From the NCBI GenBank assembly GCA_041736175.1, contig JBGSUI010000240.1, forward strand, positions 1-64,000: a stretch of DNA of 64,000 nt, written 5' to 3'. Shown here one piece after another: positions 37,960-47,629 of this stretch; the stretch's first letter is position 1; every line of letters begins with the position of its first letter. Position numbers and translations under genes: made by a program. This stretch comes from Oligoflexales bacterium (lineage in GTDB: Bacteria; Bdellovibrionota_B; Oligoflexia; Oligoflexales; CAIYRB01). The notes beneath the pieces were generated by a model, which was given only the letters and a program-made list of their open reading frames with translations, had not been told where the DNA came from and did not search any database.

Positions 37960-39424
37960 AACTCCTGTCCTGCATCGCAAGATCTTGGACAATTTTTTCC
38001 GCTTTGCTATGAGCACTGGAACGACGATGGTTCTGTCTCTAGCACTCAAACTTTACCTCCCAAGGGTTTTAGGACCCGAGAAACTTGGTGCTTTTTATTT
38101 TACTGAGTCTTTCTCAATGCTGTTTTTTATCTTTCTTTCCTTTGGAACTCAGTCTTACATCGCCAGAACCGTACCTCCCAATAACCATCACGCTAAAGAG
38201 ATTTTTTCGACTCTATTTGTATCCCAAGTCCTATTTTCCTTGCTCTTAGAAGCGTGCCTTTATGTGGGGCTTAAGATTTTAGACTCTGACCAAGAAACCA
38301 CCAATGCTGCCTTGGTGATGGGTATCCAGTATGCCGTCATGATGCTGCAGACTAATCTCTTTAAATGTATGTTTATATCCCTTGAGCGATACAAGCTCGT
38401 CATTCGCATTAATATCTTAACTAAAGTGGTCCTCGTATCGTCATCGTTAGCTGTTTTGCATTTTAAACCTGAAATCATCTACTTATCTGTTTGCTTTTTG
38501 ATCGCTGAGCTCACAGGCTTGACCATTCTTCTGTCCATCGCCTATCGAGAAAACCTCCTCTGCAAAAATCTTAATTTCCCACTGTTGAAAGGGATTTTGA
38601 GGTTAAGCATGCCCTTTTTTATCACTGGAATTTTTGGAGATATTTACAATTCCATCGATTCGAGCATGCTTACTATCCTGACGGGTCCTAAAGAAGCCGG
38701 GTATTATGGAGCTGCCTTTCGATTGATCGGGGTCTGCTTAGTGTTTGTTCCCATCATTGATTCAGCAATCATGCCGACACTCTCAAAATCCTTCAAAGAG
38801 AGCATTCCAGAATATACCCTTCTTTTGCGCAATATAATGGACTTTTTACTACTCGTATCTTTTCCTATCGCTTTAGCCATCGTTTTGTTTGGCCAAGAAA
38901 TAACACTGATTTTATTTGGACCTGGGTTTGAAAAGTCCTACCGGATTATGGTGTTTCTCGCGCCGATTTTGCTGGTGATCTATCTGAACGTCTTTCTTGC
39001 TGTTGGATTAAAGCTGTCGACAAATGGATATAAAATGGCTTTGGTGCTCTGTTTCACAACCTTGATCAATATTATCATAAAGAGGTTTATGATCCCCTTC
39101 GGGGCTAGCCAGTGGGGCGAAGGCGGCGCAGGAATGGCGGCGGCAATCAGCACTTTTGGAGCCGAAATGCTGATCTTTAGCCTGCTTCTTATGATCACAC
39201 CGCACCGCTCTTTTGATTGGCGATCAGCGAAAAACTGTTTGTTGTCCATTGCTCCCGTATTTATTGCCGCTGTCTTTTATGAATCCATAGCAGAAACCCC
39301 AGTCTATCTTAAGATCATTGGTTTTATCATAGGAACACCTTTATACGCCTTGGCCATTGGACTACTTAGTATCAAAAATATACTACAAATCCTACAACTC
39401 AGAAATATTCAAAAGTCGCCTTAA
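37949..39424 (+). CDS. Wzx flippase
   Basis: PR.LGPE..G, IYNSID..ML and GYYGAA.RL motifs, with many TM helices. Confidence 0.88.
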   Translation: MDDKTPVLHRKILDNFFRFAMSTGTTMVLSLALKLYLPRVLGPEKLGAFYFTESFSMLFFIFLSFGTQSYIARTVPPNNHHAKEIFSTLFVSQVLFSLLLEACLYVGLKILDSDQETTNAALVMGIQYAVMMLQTNLFKCMFISLERYKLVIRINILTKVVLVSSSLAVLHFKPEIIYLSVCFLIAELTGLTILLSIAYRENLLCKNLNFPLLKGILRLSMPFFITGIFGDIYNSIDSSMLTILTGPKEAGYYGAAFRLIGVCLVFVPIIDSAIMPTLSKSFKESIPEYTLLLRNIMDFLLLVSFPIALAIVLFGQEITLILFGPGFEKSYRIMVFLAPILLVIYLNVFLAVGLKLSTNGYKMALVLCFTTLINIIIKRFMIPFGASQWGEGGAGMAAAISTFGAEMLIFSLLLMITPHRSFDWRSAKNCLLSIAPVFIAAVFYESIAETPVYLKIIGFIIGTPLYALAIGLLSIKNILQILQLRNIQKSP

Positions 39425-39457
39425 ATCGCCCACTCTCTATGGATAGGTGCCGGTCCT

Positions 39458-41254
39458 ATGAAATTAAGAACCACACAGTTTCTTTCCACAAACGGGAAAA
39501 TGATCCTTTCATGGGTGATCGCTGTGAGCGGGGCGCTGCCTGAAAAGCTGTCCGCGGCAAGCCCTGTCTATTCCATATCAAAACTGGGGATTAAAAAGCT
39601 AGAAAGTCCCACAGATGACCCGCGAGGCCCTATTAAATTAACTGTGGACACCTCCCATACCGGACAGATTTCACCCTATATCTACGGATTCGGTGCGGTT
39701 TCGGGCGCCTCTGAGCTTTGGAGCGCGGACAACCAATTCAGTCTGTTTAGACTCGGTGGCAATCGATTTACCGGCTACAATTGGGAAAATAATATGTCCC
39801 ATGCGGGCAGCGACTGGCGTTACCAAAACGACCTATACCTATGCTCTAATCTTAACCCCATCGTCACGATGAAAGATTGCTCTAACCCTGGTGGCGTCGT
39901 CAGCGGATTTGCTAAGCAGGTCTTTGGGGTCAACGGGAGTGGACCAACGGCAAGTATCTTGGTCACCATCCCCATCATCGGTTACGTCGCCTATAAAGCC
40001 ACAGATGGAGATGTTTGCGCACCAGCCAACCAGCTCAAAGACGGTAACTGTAAAAATCGCGATTATCTTAAGACTCATTTTAGAATATCCCGAACCAAAA
40101 CTGCTGAAAAACCGACAACTAATCCAAATTTATCAGACGAGTATGTTAATCAAAATGAGTTTATAAAGTGGATCTTTGAGAGCTTCCCCGATAAGAAGCG
40201 GGGAGACTCACAGATTTTCTTTTCGCTCGATAATGAAGTCGCCCTTTGGGGAACTACCCATAATCGAATCCGACCGGGGGGTGATTTTTGCCAACACAAC
40301 CCCTCTTACTCCGAAATCCTCAAGCGCAATATCGACTACGGGTCTATGGTCAAAGAAATCCGGCAAGATGCACTGGTTTTTGGGCCCGTGGATTACGGTT
40401 GGTACTCGATGACAAGTCTTCAGGGCTTTGGTCACTGTGACGGTAACGGGAACGTCAATTTTTACGAATTCTATCTCAAAGGCCTCAAAAAAGCCGAGGA
40501 CGAAGCTAAGACTAAAGGTCCCATTGTCGACATCCTAGATTTCCATTGGTACTCTGAAGTCGAACCCAAACAGGGTGTTCGGATCACCCATAAGGATGCC
40601 CCAGATAGTCTCGAATACCATCAGGCCCGCATCGATGCTACTCGGACTCTTTGGGACCCAACCTTTGTGGAAGACACTTGGATTGCAAAAAAAGACCTGG
40701 GTGGCAAGGCAATCCGTCTGATACCACGGATGCGGGAAACCATCGAAAAATGGAACCCTGGGATGGGCCTTGCTATCACCGAATACAACTATGGAGGTGA
40801 AAATCAAATCAGCGGAGCTATTGCCCAAGCAGATATTTTAGGGATTTTTGGGCGCGAAGGAGTCTTTGCGGCATCCTACTGGCCACTCTCATCTAATTCC
40901 TCTTATATTTATGGTGCATTTAGGATGTTTAGAAATTTTGATGGCAAACGCAGTCGCTTTGGCGATACTGGATTAGCTTCTGCGACTTCAAGCCCAACCC
41001 GTACTTCCATCTACGCCAGTATCGATCCTATAAATCCTAAAAATCTGGTCTTAGTGGTCCTTAATAAGACAAAAGACCCCTTAACTGTTGACCTCAGTAT
41101 GAAAGGAACGACCCAAACGTTTAAATCAGCAGAAATCTACAAATTAGATAAAAGCTCCCCGCTACCAGGACTTCTCAAAAAGACGCCCTTTTCAGACCTC
41201 AAAAATCTCTCTATTCCAGGATTCACCATCTACACAATCAGAATAACACCTTAG
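39458..41254 (+). CDS. GH44 endoglucanase
   Basis: ISPYIYG, RLGGNR.TGYNWEN, LDNE, ITEYNYG and ADILGIFG. Confidence 0.9.
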   Translation: MKLRTTQFLSTNGKMILSWVIAVSGALPEKLSAASPVYSISKLGIKKLESPTDDPRGPIKLTVDTSHTGQISPYIYGFGAVSGASELWSADNQFSLFRLGGNRFTGYNWENNMSHAGSDWRYQNDLYLCSNLNPIVTMKDCSNPGGVVSGFAKQVFGVNGSGPTASILVTIPIIGYVAYKATDGDVCAPANQLKDGNCKNRDYLKTHFRISRTKTAEKPTTNPNLSDEYVNQNEFIKWIFESFPDKKRGDSQIFFSLDNEVALWGTTHNRIRPGGDFCQHNPSYSEILKRNIDYGSMVKEIRQDALVFGPVDYGWYSMTSLQGFGHCDGNGNVNFYEFYLKGLKKAEDEAKTKGPIVDILDFHWYSEVEPKQGVRITHKDAPDSLEYHQARIDATRTLWDPTFVEDTWIAKKDLGGKAIRLIPRMRETIEKWNPGMGLAITEYNYGGENQISGAIAQADILGIFGREGVFAASYWPLSSNSSYIYGAFRMFRNFDGKRSRFGDTGLASATSSPTRTSIYASIDPINPKNLVLVVLNKTKDPLTVDLSMKGTTQTFKSAEIYKLDKSSPLPGLLKKTPFSDLKNLSIPGFTIYTIRITP

Positions 41255-42095
41255 GGTTTGTCAATGGATTTACTGCAGGCAAGATTACGACAAAACAAGT
41301 GCACTCCGAAGCGTGGTCTAAGCAGAGTTGGCCATGGAAATTTTCTACGATGCCCTTTGCTATCGATAAGCCAAGACCATACCCGTTGTGTTTTGTAGAT
41401 CTATAGGACCTTTTTCTGTCTGAGGCTTCCACCAAGGGCATACCAGGTCCATTGTCCATGACTTTGATCGTAACAACTTCGGTTTTCTGAACAGCGTGGA
41501 TCTTTATCCAAGGATTTTTCATACCGTGCACTGCGTCCAACGAGTTGTTCATTAGGTTTGTGACGACCTGTGACAGTTGCCCAACATCCCCCCATACTTT
41601 GGGGTTTTCCTTCAATTCGATTTCAAGCTCGACTCCTTGGCTTTTGACCCGCTCCTGCCAAAGGACCTTGGATTCTTCGATCACTGCGCACAGTGGCCCG
41701 ACGACGGCATTTTGTTCACCATGGGAAGAACGCACCAAGCCACCTAAAGTTCTTGTCAGGGTTTCAATACGCCGGGCCATGCGTATGATGGTATCTAAGT
41801 CCTGCCTGAGTTCTTGCTTACCATAGGTAGCCAGCCCCACCAACTCTAAGGCACAGGCCTGTTTATGGACCTGCTCACATTTTGTGAGAAGAACTGTCAA
41901 CGGCGACCTAATCTCGTGGGCCACCGAAGCGGTGATCTCTCCGAGCCAAATAGAGTCGGGAGAATGACGAGAATGAGGAGATTGACCGCCTTGGTTGGAG
42001 CGTGTGGAATTTCGTCTCCAGCGCCCTTTCAAGATTTTCCCTAAGGCCACCAAACCCTGCCACAATTTATCGATTCTATTTATTACGAAGGTCAC
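41238..42095 (-). CDS. Sensor-less histidine kinase
   Basis: AHEIRSPL, NLMNNS.DA, DNGPG and GYGLGL boxes after only about 50 N-terminal residues. Confidence 0.85.
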   Translation of the reverse strand: MTFVINRIDKLWQGLVALGKILKGRWRRNSTRSNQGGQSPHSRHSPDSIWLGEITASVAHEIRSPLTVLLTKCEQVHKQACALELVGLATYGKQELRQDLDTIIRMARRIETLTRTLGGLVRSSHGEQNAVVGPLCAVIEESKVLWQERVKSQGVELEIELKENPKVWGDVGQLSQVVTNLMNNSLDAVHGMKNPWIKIHAVQKTEVVTIKVMDNGPGMPLVEASDRKRSYRSTKHNGYGLGLSIAKGIVENFHGQLCLDHASECTCFVVILPAVNPLTNPKVLF

Positions 42096-42176
42096 CTACT
42101 GAATCTCCATCCACCGATCCCAGTCTAGCGGCCGAGCCACACCATAAATCAATCAGCAATCCCTGGCAATGCGCTA

Positions 42177-42217
42177 TAAAATTTTGAAAATTATTTTGGA
42201 CTTTACCAACGTCATTC
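42177..42217 (+). repeat. Direct repeat B, copy 1 (35/41 identical to 44622-44662)
   Basis: Core ATTATTTTGGACTTTACCAACGTCATTC. Confidence 0.75.
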
Positions 42218-42248
42218 TGTAGCCTTAACCTATACAGAAAGATCTCTC

Positions 42249-42307
42249 AAAAAAACCGGACACCTCTTCTGAGAGAGTTTGGGATTTTAAGATCCCGGTT
42301 CGGTTTT
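42249..42307 (-). terminator. Branched stem-loop followed by a U-tract, downstream of the GT61 gene
   Basis: Outer stem AAAACCG/CGGTTTT, inner hairpins CTCT/AGAG and GGGAT/ATCCC, and a T-run on the minus strand. Confidence 0.45.
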
Positions 42308-42319
42308 AATTCCTGCCAA

Positions 42320-43492
42320 CTAAATAACGTCGTGCAACGTGGGATCTAAAACATTTCGTGGAAAGAGACGTAGAGTTTGCTCTATTTCGTTGAGATCGAT
42401 CCGAAAGCCTTCGGCTTCTTGATGGCCGACTACAAATCCATAGTGCTGTCCGTCCCTATCAGTCGTGCGCTTGATCACAGGACAAAATCGGAAAGGCGGC
42501 TGCAAAACGAAAACAGCTGCACCAGGCTGGAGGACCATAAGTCCATGAATAAGGTGGCTTCCTTCGACTCCCATAAGAATTTGCGCTCCAGCGCACGCAG
42601 TTAAGATCTTAGGGACGTCATCTTTAGTTACATCCACGACCCGCATGCCAAATTTACGCTGCATATGCTCCGCAACTTCTTTTTCATTGATGAGTTTGCG
42701 TTGTTTTCCAGAGTCGCCACGAATGATAAAGACCCCGGGATGGGGTTTTGGAGGGAAGTAACCACAAAGTCTCTCACGGAGTTTGTGAAATCGAACTTGT
42801 TTAGAATTATTCTGTAGTCGATCGTCAAAAATCACGAGTTCGCGGAAAAAGGCTGAATGGAGCCTTACTGGTCGCATATCTAGTAGTTTTTCATACGCTG
42901 ATTGATGGCTGCTCAGAGGTCGCGAGCTCGTAATCGGCAGGCCCTCATTGACTGCGAGTGGATAAAGGACACAATCGTCTTGGAGCCATAAACCAAAGAA
43001 CAAATTACCGTCGATCGTGCAGTGAACAGCACCTCGATCGATTTCCTGTTCGACCCGGTGCGGTAGGCCGACTTGAGACCTCGGGCAAACGCGATCGATA
43101 GACCCAGCCTTATAGAAACCACCATCGATGAGAAAGACCTCTTTTAATAAATAAGCCATCGTAGGCGCCTGGTAGCGCACAATGCCTCCGGCCATTTCAT
43201 ACTTGAGGCTTTCTTCGACTCCATGATCAACCCAATTGTAAGAGTAAGCTCGGCCGGTCACTCGTTCTAATTGATTGCTTAAGTAATAGGCAGGAAGGGT
43301 CGTCAGGTTTGAGCTTGGTGCCACTTCCCACGCCTTCGAGGCCAAACTTTTTAATGGCTTTTCTGGCAAACCAACGAACTGCTTTAACTTTCTCTCAATA
43401 AACCCCAGCAAAGGCTGAACAGTCCACCGAATTCTTGGCGTAGGCTCTGCAAACTTGACCCCGTTTTTATCATGCATAAGACTCGATTGCAT
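42320..43492 (-). CDS. Glycosyltransferase family 61 (DUF563)
   Basis: FFG.WL.D, RG.SG..R.L.NE and G.EGS.L.H motifs. Confidence 0.8.
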   Translation of the reverse strand: MQSSLMHDKNGVKFAEPTPRIRWTVQPLLGFIERKLKQFVGLPEKPLKSLASKAWEVAPSSNLTTLPAYYLSNQLERVTGRAYSYNWVDHGVEESLKYEMAGGIVRYQAPTMAYLLKEVFLIDGGFYKAGSIDRVCPRSQVGLPHRVEQEIDRGAVHCTIDGNLFFGLWLQDDCVLYPLAVNEGLPITSSRPLSSHQSAYEKLLDMRPVRLHSAFFRELVIFDDRLQNNSKQVRFHKLRERLCGYFPPKPHPGVFIIRGDSGKQRKLINEKEVAEHMQRKFGMRVVDVTKDDVPKILTACAGAQILMGVEGSHLIHGLMVLQPGAAVFVLQPPFRFCPVIKRTTDRDGQHYGFVVGHQEAEGFRIDLNEIEQTLRLFPRNVLDPTLHDVI

Positions 43493-43559
43493 TCATTAGT
43501 CATAGACTTTTATTTTTTGACAGGCCCTTACGGGCACAAGCGATGCTACGCTACACAAT

Positions 43560-44447
43560 CTACATAAGTAGTTTAGTGATTTCATCATAAGTAGAGCCTT
43601 GACGAACGGCTATAAAGTCATGGGCCACCGTCGGTGTCGAAGGGAGAAATGGCTTAATTTTCATTTTTAATTTTGCCTTCGGAAGACTAAGAAAGTTGTA
43701 ACCATAGCTACCTAGAATAGCAAAGCTAGGATCATTCGATTTGTCAGGTAGGTTAGACTCGAACAATATTACATCAGGCTTGTTGAGTTCGAAGACCTCT
43801 TTGGCGCCTTTAAGCACTTCCGGTTCAAATCCTTCAACATCAATTTTAATTAAACGAATTTTCTGAATGAATTTTCCTCGCCGCATGATATCCGATAAAG
43901 TTTCTACCGGAACGGAGCATGATTCACAATTCTCACCCTGGTAATTCTGGACAAGGGAGGAACGCCCAAAGTGCCCTTGGGGAATATTTAATGTCAACAA
44001 CCCTGGAGATGCACCTAAAGCTATTGGAAACAGCTCGATGTTGTTTATTCCGTTTTTTTCAATCGCTTTTCGTATCAGTGTCTGCATGTACGGTATCGGC
44101 TCAAATGCCAAAACTTTACCCGAGGGTTGAACCAGCTTGGCTAAAATCATACTAATCAAACCAAGATTCGCCCCAATATCAAGGACAAGATCCCCAGGCC
44201 GAACGACTTTAGATATCACCCAAGTGATTTTTCGATCTAGCTCTCCAGAGTAATAAACCGCTCTACCAACATAATCATCCAGAGGTGCCGGGGCAAAATA
44301 ACCACCATGGACTTTGGCCCAAGCTAGCTCTTTACTCTCACCAGCCAACTTTAATACCAGAGCATGGTTAGCAAGGGAACCACTGCCACTGTACAAAGGA
44401 TAGAGTCTCAAAACCTTTGACATAACAATTTGTCTAAAAGTGGGCAT
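43560..44447 (-). CDS. FkbM family methyltransferase
   Basis: LDIGANLG, AFEP and KIDVEGFE. Confidence 0.92.
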   Translation of the reverse strand: MPTFRQIVMSKVLRLYPLYSGSGSLANHALVLKLAGESKELAWAKVHGGYFAPAPLDDYVGRAVYYSGELDRKITWVISKVVRPGDLVLDIGANLGLISMILAKLVQPSGKVLAFEPIPYMQTLIRKAIEKNGINNIELFPIALGASPGLLTLNIPQGHFGRSSLVQNYQGENCESCSVPVETLSDIMRRGKFIQKIRLIKIDVEGFEPEVLKGAKEVFELNKPDVILFESNLPDKSNDPSFAILGSYGYNFLSLPKAKLKMKIKPFLPSTPTVAHDFIAVRQGSTYDEITKLLM

Positions 44448-44621
44448 GATCTTCCTTTATTGATTTTGTATTGATACTATTATAGCAGACCATTGAGCCG
44501 TGCCAACACCCTTCATAGAAGGTCAAACCGGTGACGAGGACCTATAGGCGGGCACCTGCTGCTACACTAAAAAGGACGTAGGTAACGATCTGTAGGCAAG
44601 AGAAAATAAACGGTATTTGTT

Positions 44622-44662
44622 TAAAATCGTGAGGATTATTTGGGACTTTACCAGCGTCATTC
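44622..44662 (+). repeat. Direct repeat B, copy 2
   Basis: Core ATTATTTGGGACTTTACCAGCGTCATTC. Confidence 0.75.
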
Positions 44663-44748
44663 GTCCCAAAGTTACATGAAACCCTCCCTAAAACTGAGGC
44701 AGCAGGTTTTTGCGTTGATCATATCTTCGAATACTTATCGGAGAGCAT

Positions 44749-45471
44749 TCATAATATTTGGTTTAGGAACTGAATCGTCCTTGGCGACTTTGGGGCCTGA
44801 AAAAAATCTTGTGGCGGAGCTACTTCGACGATCTCCCCTTGGTCCATAAAAATCACTTTATCGGCGATGCGTTTGGCAAAAGACATTTCATGGGTGACAC
44901 AAATCATCGTAATCCCTGTTTCGGCAAGCTCGATCATGACGTCTAGTACTTCTTTGATCATCTCTGGGTCAAGGGCCGAGGTGGGTTCATCAAACAGCAA
45001 AACTTGGGGAGACATGCAGAGGGAACGCGCAATCGCGACCCGCTGTTTCTGGCCACCAGATAACTGCTCGGGATATTTATGGGCTTGGTCACTAATATGC
45101 ACCCGCTTAAGAAAACCCATGGCCTTGGTCTCGGCCTCCTTGCGTGACATTCCTTGAACCCATTGGGGAGCAAGACAAAGATTATCTAAGATTGAAAGAT
45201 GGGGAAAAAGGTTAAACTGTTGAAAAACCATCCCCACTTTTTTGCGGACCTCTAGGAGATGTCTAGGATGTTCGTCAACAAGGTTACCATCAACCCAAAC
45301 CTCTCCTTGTTGGTAGTCTTCAAGGCCATTGATGCAACGTATCAAGGTTGACTTGCCAGAGCCGGAAGGGCCGCAGATCACTATTTTTTCGCCCCGACCC
45401 ACTTCTAAATTAATCCCTTTAAGGACCTCAAAGGTTCCATACCATTTTCTAAGGTTTTTAATATCAATCAT
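44749..45471 (-). CDS. aapP: Amino acid ABC transporter ATPase
   Basis: [14 protein letters not shown] and [11 protein letters not shown], in the expected operon context. Confidence 0.9.
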   Translation of the reverse strand: MIDIKNLRKWYGTFEVLKGINLEVGRGEKIVICGPSGSGKSTLIRCINGLEDYQQGEVWVDGNLVDEHPRHLLEVRKKVGMVFQQFNLFPHLSILDNLCLAPQWVQGMSRKEAETKAMGFLKRVHISDQAHKYPEQLSGGQKQRVAIARSLCMSPQVLLFDEPTSALDPEMIKEVLDVMIELAETGITMICVTHEMSFAKRIADKVIFMDQGEIVEVAPPQDFFQAPKSPRTIQFLNQIL

Positions 45472-45523
45472 AGTTGCGTCTCGCCTGTCTTTTTTTGGAG
45501 TTCACTAAATCTATATTTAGAGC

Positions 45524-46603
45524 CTACATCGAGGCTGCATGATTCCTTTGCAAACGCGCCTCTAAGCGCAAACTGGTCTGCGACATGGAAAAGCAAAACA
45601 CCCAATAGACAACCCCTGCAAAAAAATACCCTTCATAGGTGCAGCCAAGCCACTGGGAATCGGTAGAAGCCGCCTGAATCATCCCCATAAGATCAAACAT
45701 CCCGATAACGAGCACCAGGGATGTATCCTTAAAGAGGCCAATAAAAGTATTTACGATTCCCGGAATCGACATCTTAAGTGCCTGTGGTAAAACCACGAGC
45801 ATCATCGTCCGCACCCATCCAAGGCCGAGGGAATAGGCTGCCTCATATTGGCCTCTCGCAACGCCATTGAGGCCAGCCCGCACCACCTCAGCCATATAGG
45901 CCGAGGCAAAAAGAGTCACGCCTATCACGGCCCGCAACAGCTTGTCCACATCCATCTCCTTAGGCAGAAAGAGTGGAATCATGACCGAAGAAAAAAACAA
46001 AATCGTTACAAGGGGCACACCTCTCCAGAGTTCGATAAAGGCAACGCTTACCTTGTTGACAAAAGGTTTCTTCGACCTCCTACCTAGCGCCAGGATAATC
46101 CCCAAGGGTAAGGACCAAAAAATCCCGCAGAGAGATATAAAAAGTGTTAGGAGAAGTCCCCCCCACTCCGCCGTATCAACCGCCGCCAGACCCCATCTTC
46201 CACCCTTTAAAATCACCCATCCAAAGAGGGGAAATCCTAAGACGCCCCCGGTTAACACCCCAAACCGCCGCGGCCAGCTTCCTCTAAATAAAAGCGCTCC
46301 TAAGACAAAAAACAAAGGCCATAAAGGTAAAAGGGCCAGCCTCCACCGTTCATGTTCAGGGTAAAATCCAACCATAAACTGCCCCATGCGGGACCAAACA
46401 AAAGGCCAACAGGCTCCTTCTCCTGTACAGTCGCTACGGTTCATCCCCACAAAGGTAGCGTCCCAGACAAGCCAGTTCCATAAACCCGGAAGAATCCATA
46501 AACAAAGTCCCACGATTATAGCTGTGATAATCCAGTCGAGGGGAGTCTTCAAAAGGTTTTTGCGCAGCCACGGGACAAGATTTTCACTCTTAGCCAAGGT
46601 CAT
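45524..46603 (-). CDS. aapM: Amino acid ABC transporter permease
   Basis: GACW, WGGL.LT, RGVPL and SAYMAEVVR.GL. Confidence 0.88.
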   Translation of the reverse strand: MTLAKSENLVPWLRKNLLKTPLDWIITAIIVGLCLWILPGLWNWLVWDATFVGMNRSDCTGEGACWPFVWSRMGQFMVGFYPEHERWRLALLPLWPLFFVLGALLFRGSWPRRFGVLTGGVLGFPLFGWVILKGGRWGLAAVDTAEWGGLLLTLFISLCGIFWSLPLGIILALGRRSKKPFVNKVSVAFIELWRGVPLVTILFFSSVMIPLFLPKEMDVDKLLRAVIGVTLFASAYMAEVVRAGLNGVARGQYEAAYSLGLGWVRTMMLVVLPQALKMSIPGIVNTFIGLFKDTSLVLVIGMFDLMGMIQAASTDSQWLGCTYEGYFFAGVVYWVFCFSMSQTSLRLEARLQRNHAASM

Positions 46604-47591
46604 GGGTCGCCCACCTTTTTTGCAGCAACCATAGGCTCAAAGCTATGAGAAGGCTTAGACCGAGGTATACCGCCATCGTCAAAAGCATGACCTCCACGGC
46701 TTGACCAGTTTGCATCAGAACGGTTCCCGCAAAAATAAGAACCAGATCTGGATAGGCGATGGCCGCCGCTAGGGAGGTGTTTTTTGTCGTATTTAAATAT
46801 TGACTCGTCAGCGGCGGCAGAATCACGCTCCGAGCCTGAGGGATAACGACTAGACGTAATGTTTGAAACCTAGTCAGACCGAGAGCCAAGGCCGCCTCCC
46901 ATTGGCCGCGACTCACCGCCAAAATACCTCCCCGTATGATCTCCCCAATAAAAGCCGCTGAATAAAGGGAGAGAGTTAAGACGAGAGCCACCAATTCGGG
47001 AAGGATCACCAACCCACCGGTAAAGTTAAACCCCTCCAGTTGGGGCACACTCCACCCTCCTCCCCGAAATGAGTAGGTGGGGATCGATAAACCCCGGATG
47101 TTGAGGTAGATGACTCCTCCCAGCGAATAACTCTCCCTGGGTGACGGCAAAGATCGCAAAACCCCGAAGTACCAGAAAAACAACTGGAGCAACAAAGGAA
47201 TATTGCGGATCACCTCGATATAAACCCTGCCCAGCAAGCGTACGAGAAGATTTTGGGAAAAAGCTGCAAGGCCGATCAAAACTCCTCCAACACTTCCGCC
47301 GATGATTCCCAAGATCGCCACTAATAAGGTATTGAGCAGCGCAACCCAAAAGGCATCTCCGTAGGTAGAACTTTCACCGTAAGGAATCAGATGCTGGGTG
47401 ATTCCAAAACCGGCAGTACGATCCCAAAAGCCAAAACCCGAGGCTATGGACTGCCGCTGGAGGTTTTCGAGGGCATTTTGGCCCCCGACATAAAATCCTG
47501 CGAGGATGATCGCCAGAAGTAGAACCTGCAACCAAATGCTGACCCATGATACCTTTCTTGGACGCCGGATATGGGGCTGACTTTGTGACAA
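46590..47591 (-). CDS. aapQ: Amino acid ABC transporter permease
   Basis: IASGFGF, RNIPLLLQ, AFIGEIIRGGI and AAAIAYPDL. Confidence 0.88.
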   Translation of the reverse strand: MSQSQPHIRRPRKVSWVSIWLQVLLLAIILAGFYVGGQNALENLQRQSIASGFGFWDRTAGFGITQHLIPYGESSTYGDAFWVALLNTLLVAILGIIGGSVGGVLIGLAAFSQNLLVRLLGRVYIEVIRNIPLLLQLFFWYFGVLRSLPSPRESYSLGGVIYLNIRGLSIPTYSFRGGGWSVPQLEGFNFTGGLVILPELVALVLTLSLYSAAFIGEIIRGGILAVSRGQWEAALALGLTRFQTLRLVVIPQARSVILPPLTSQYLNTTKNTSLAAAIAYPDLVLIFAGTVLMQTGQAVEVMLLTMAVYLGLSLLIALSLWLLQKRWATHDLG

Positions 47592-47629
47592 AGGAAGCTC
47601 TTTAAAAAGGAGGTTGATCAGTGGAGGTT

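Noticed and set aside
46590..47591. aapQ looks shorter than typical, possible pseudogene
   Set aside because: The frame is intact with all core motifs; only a variable internal region seems reduced.
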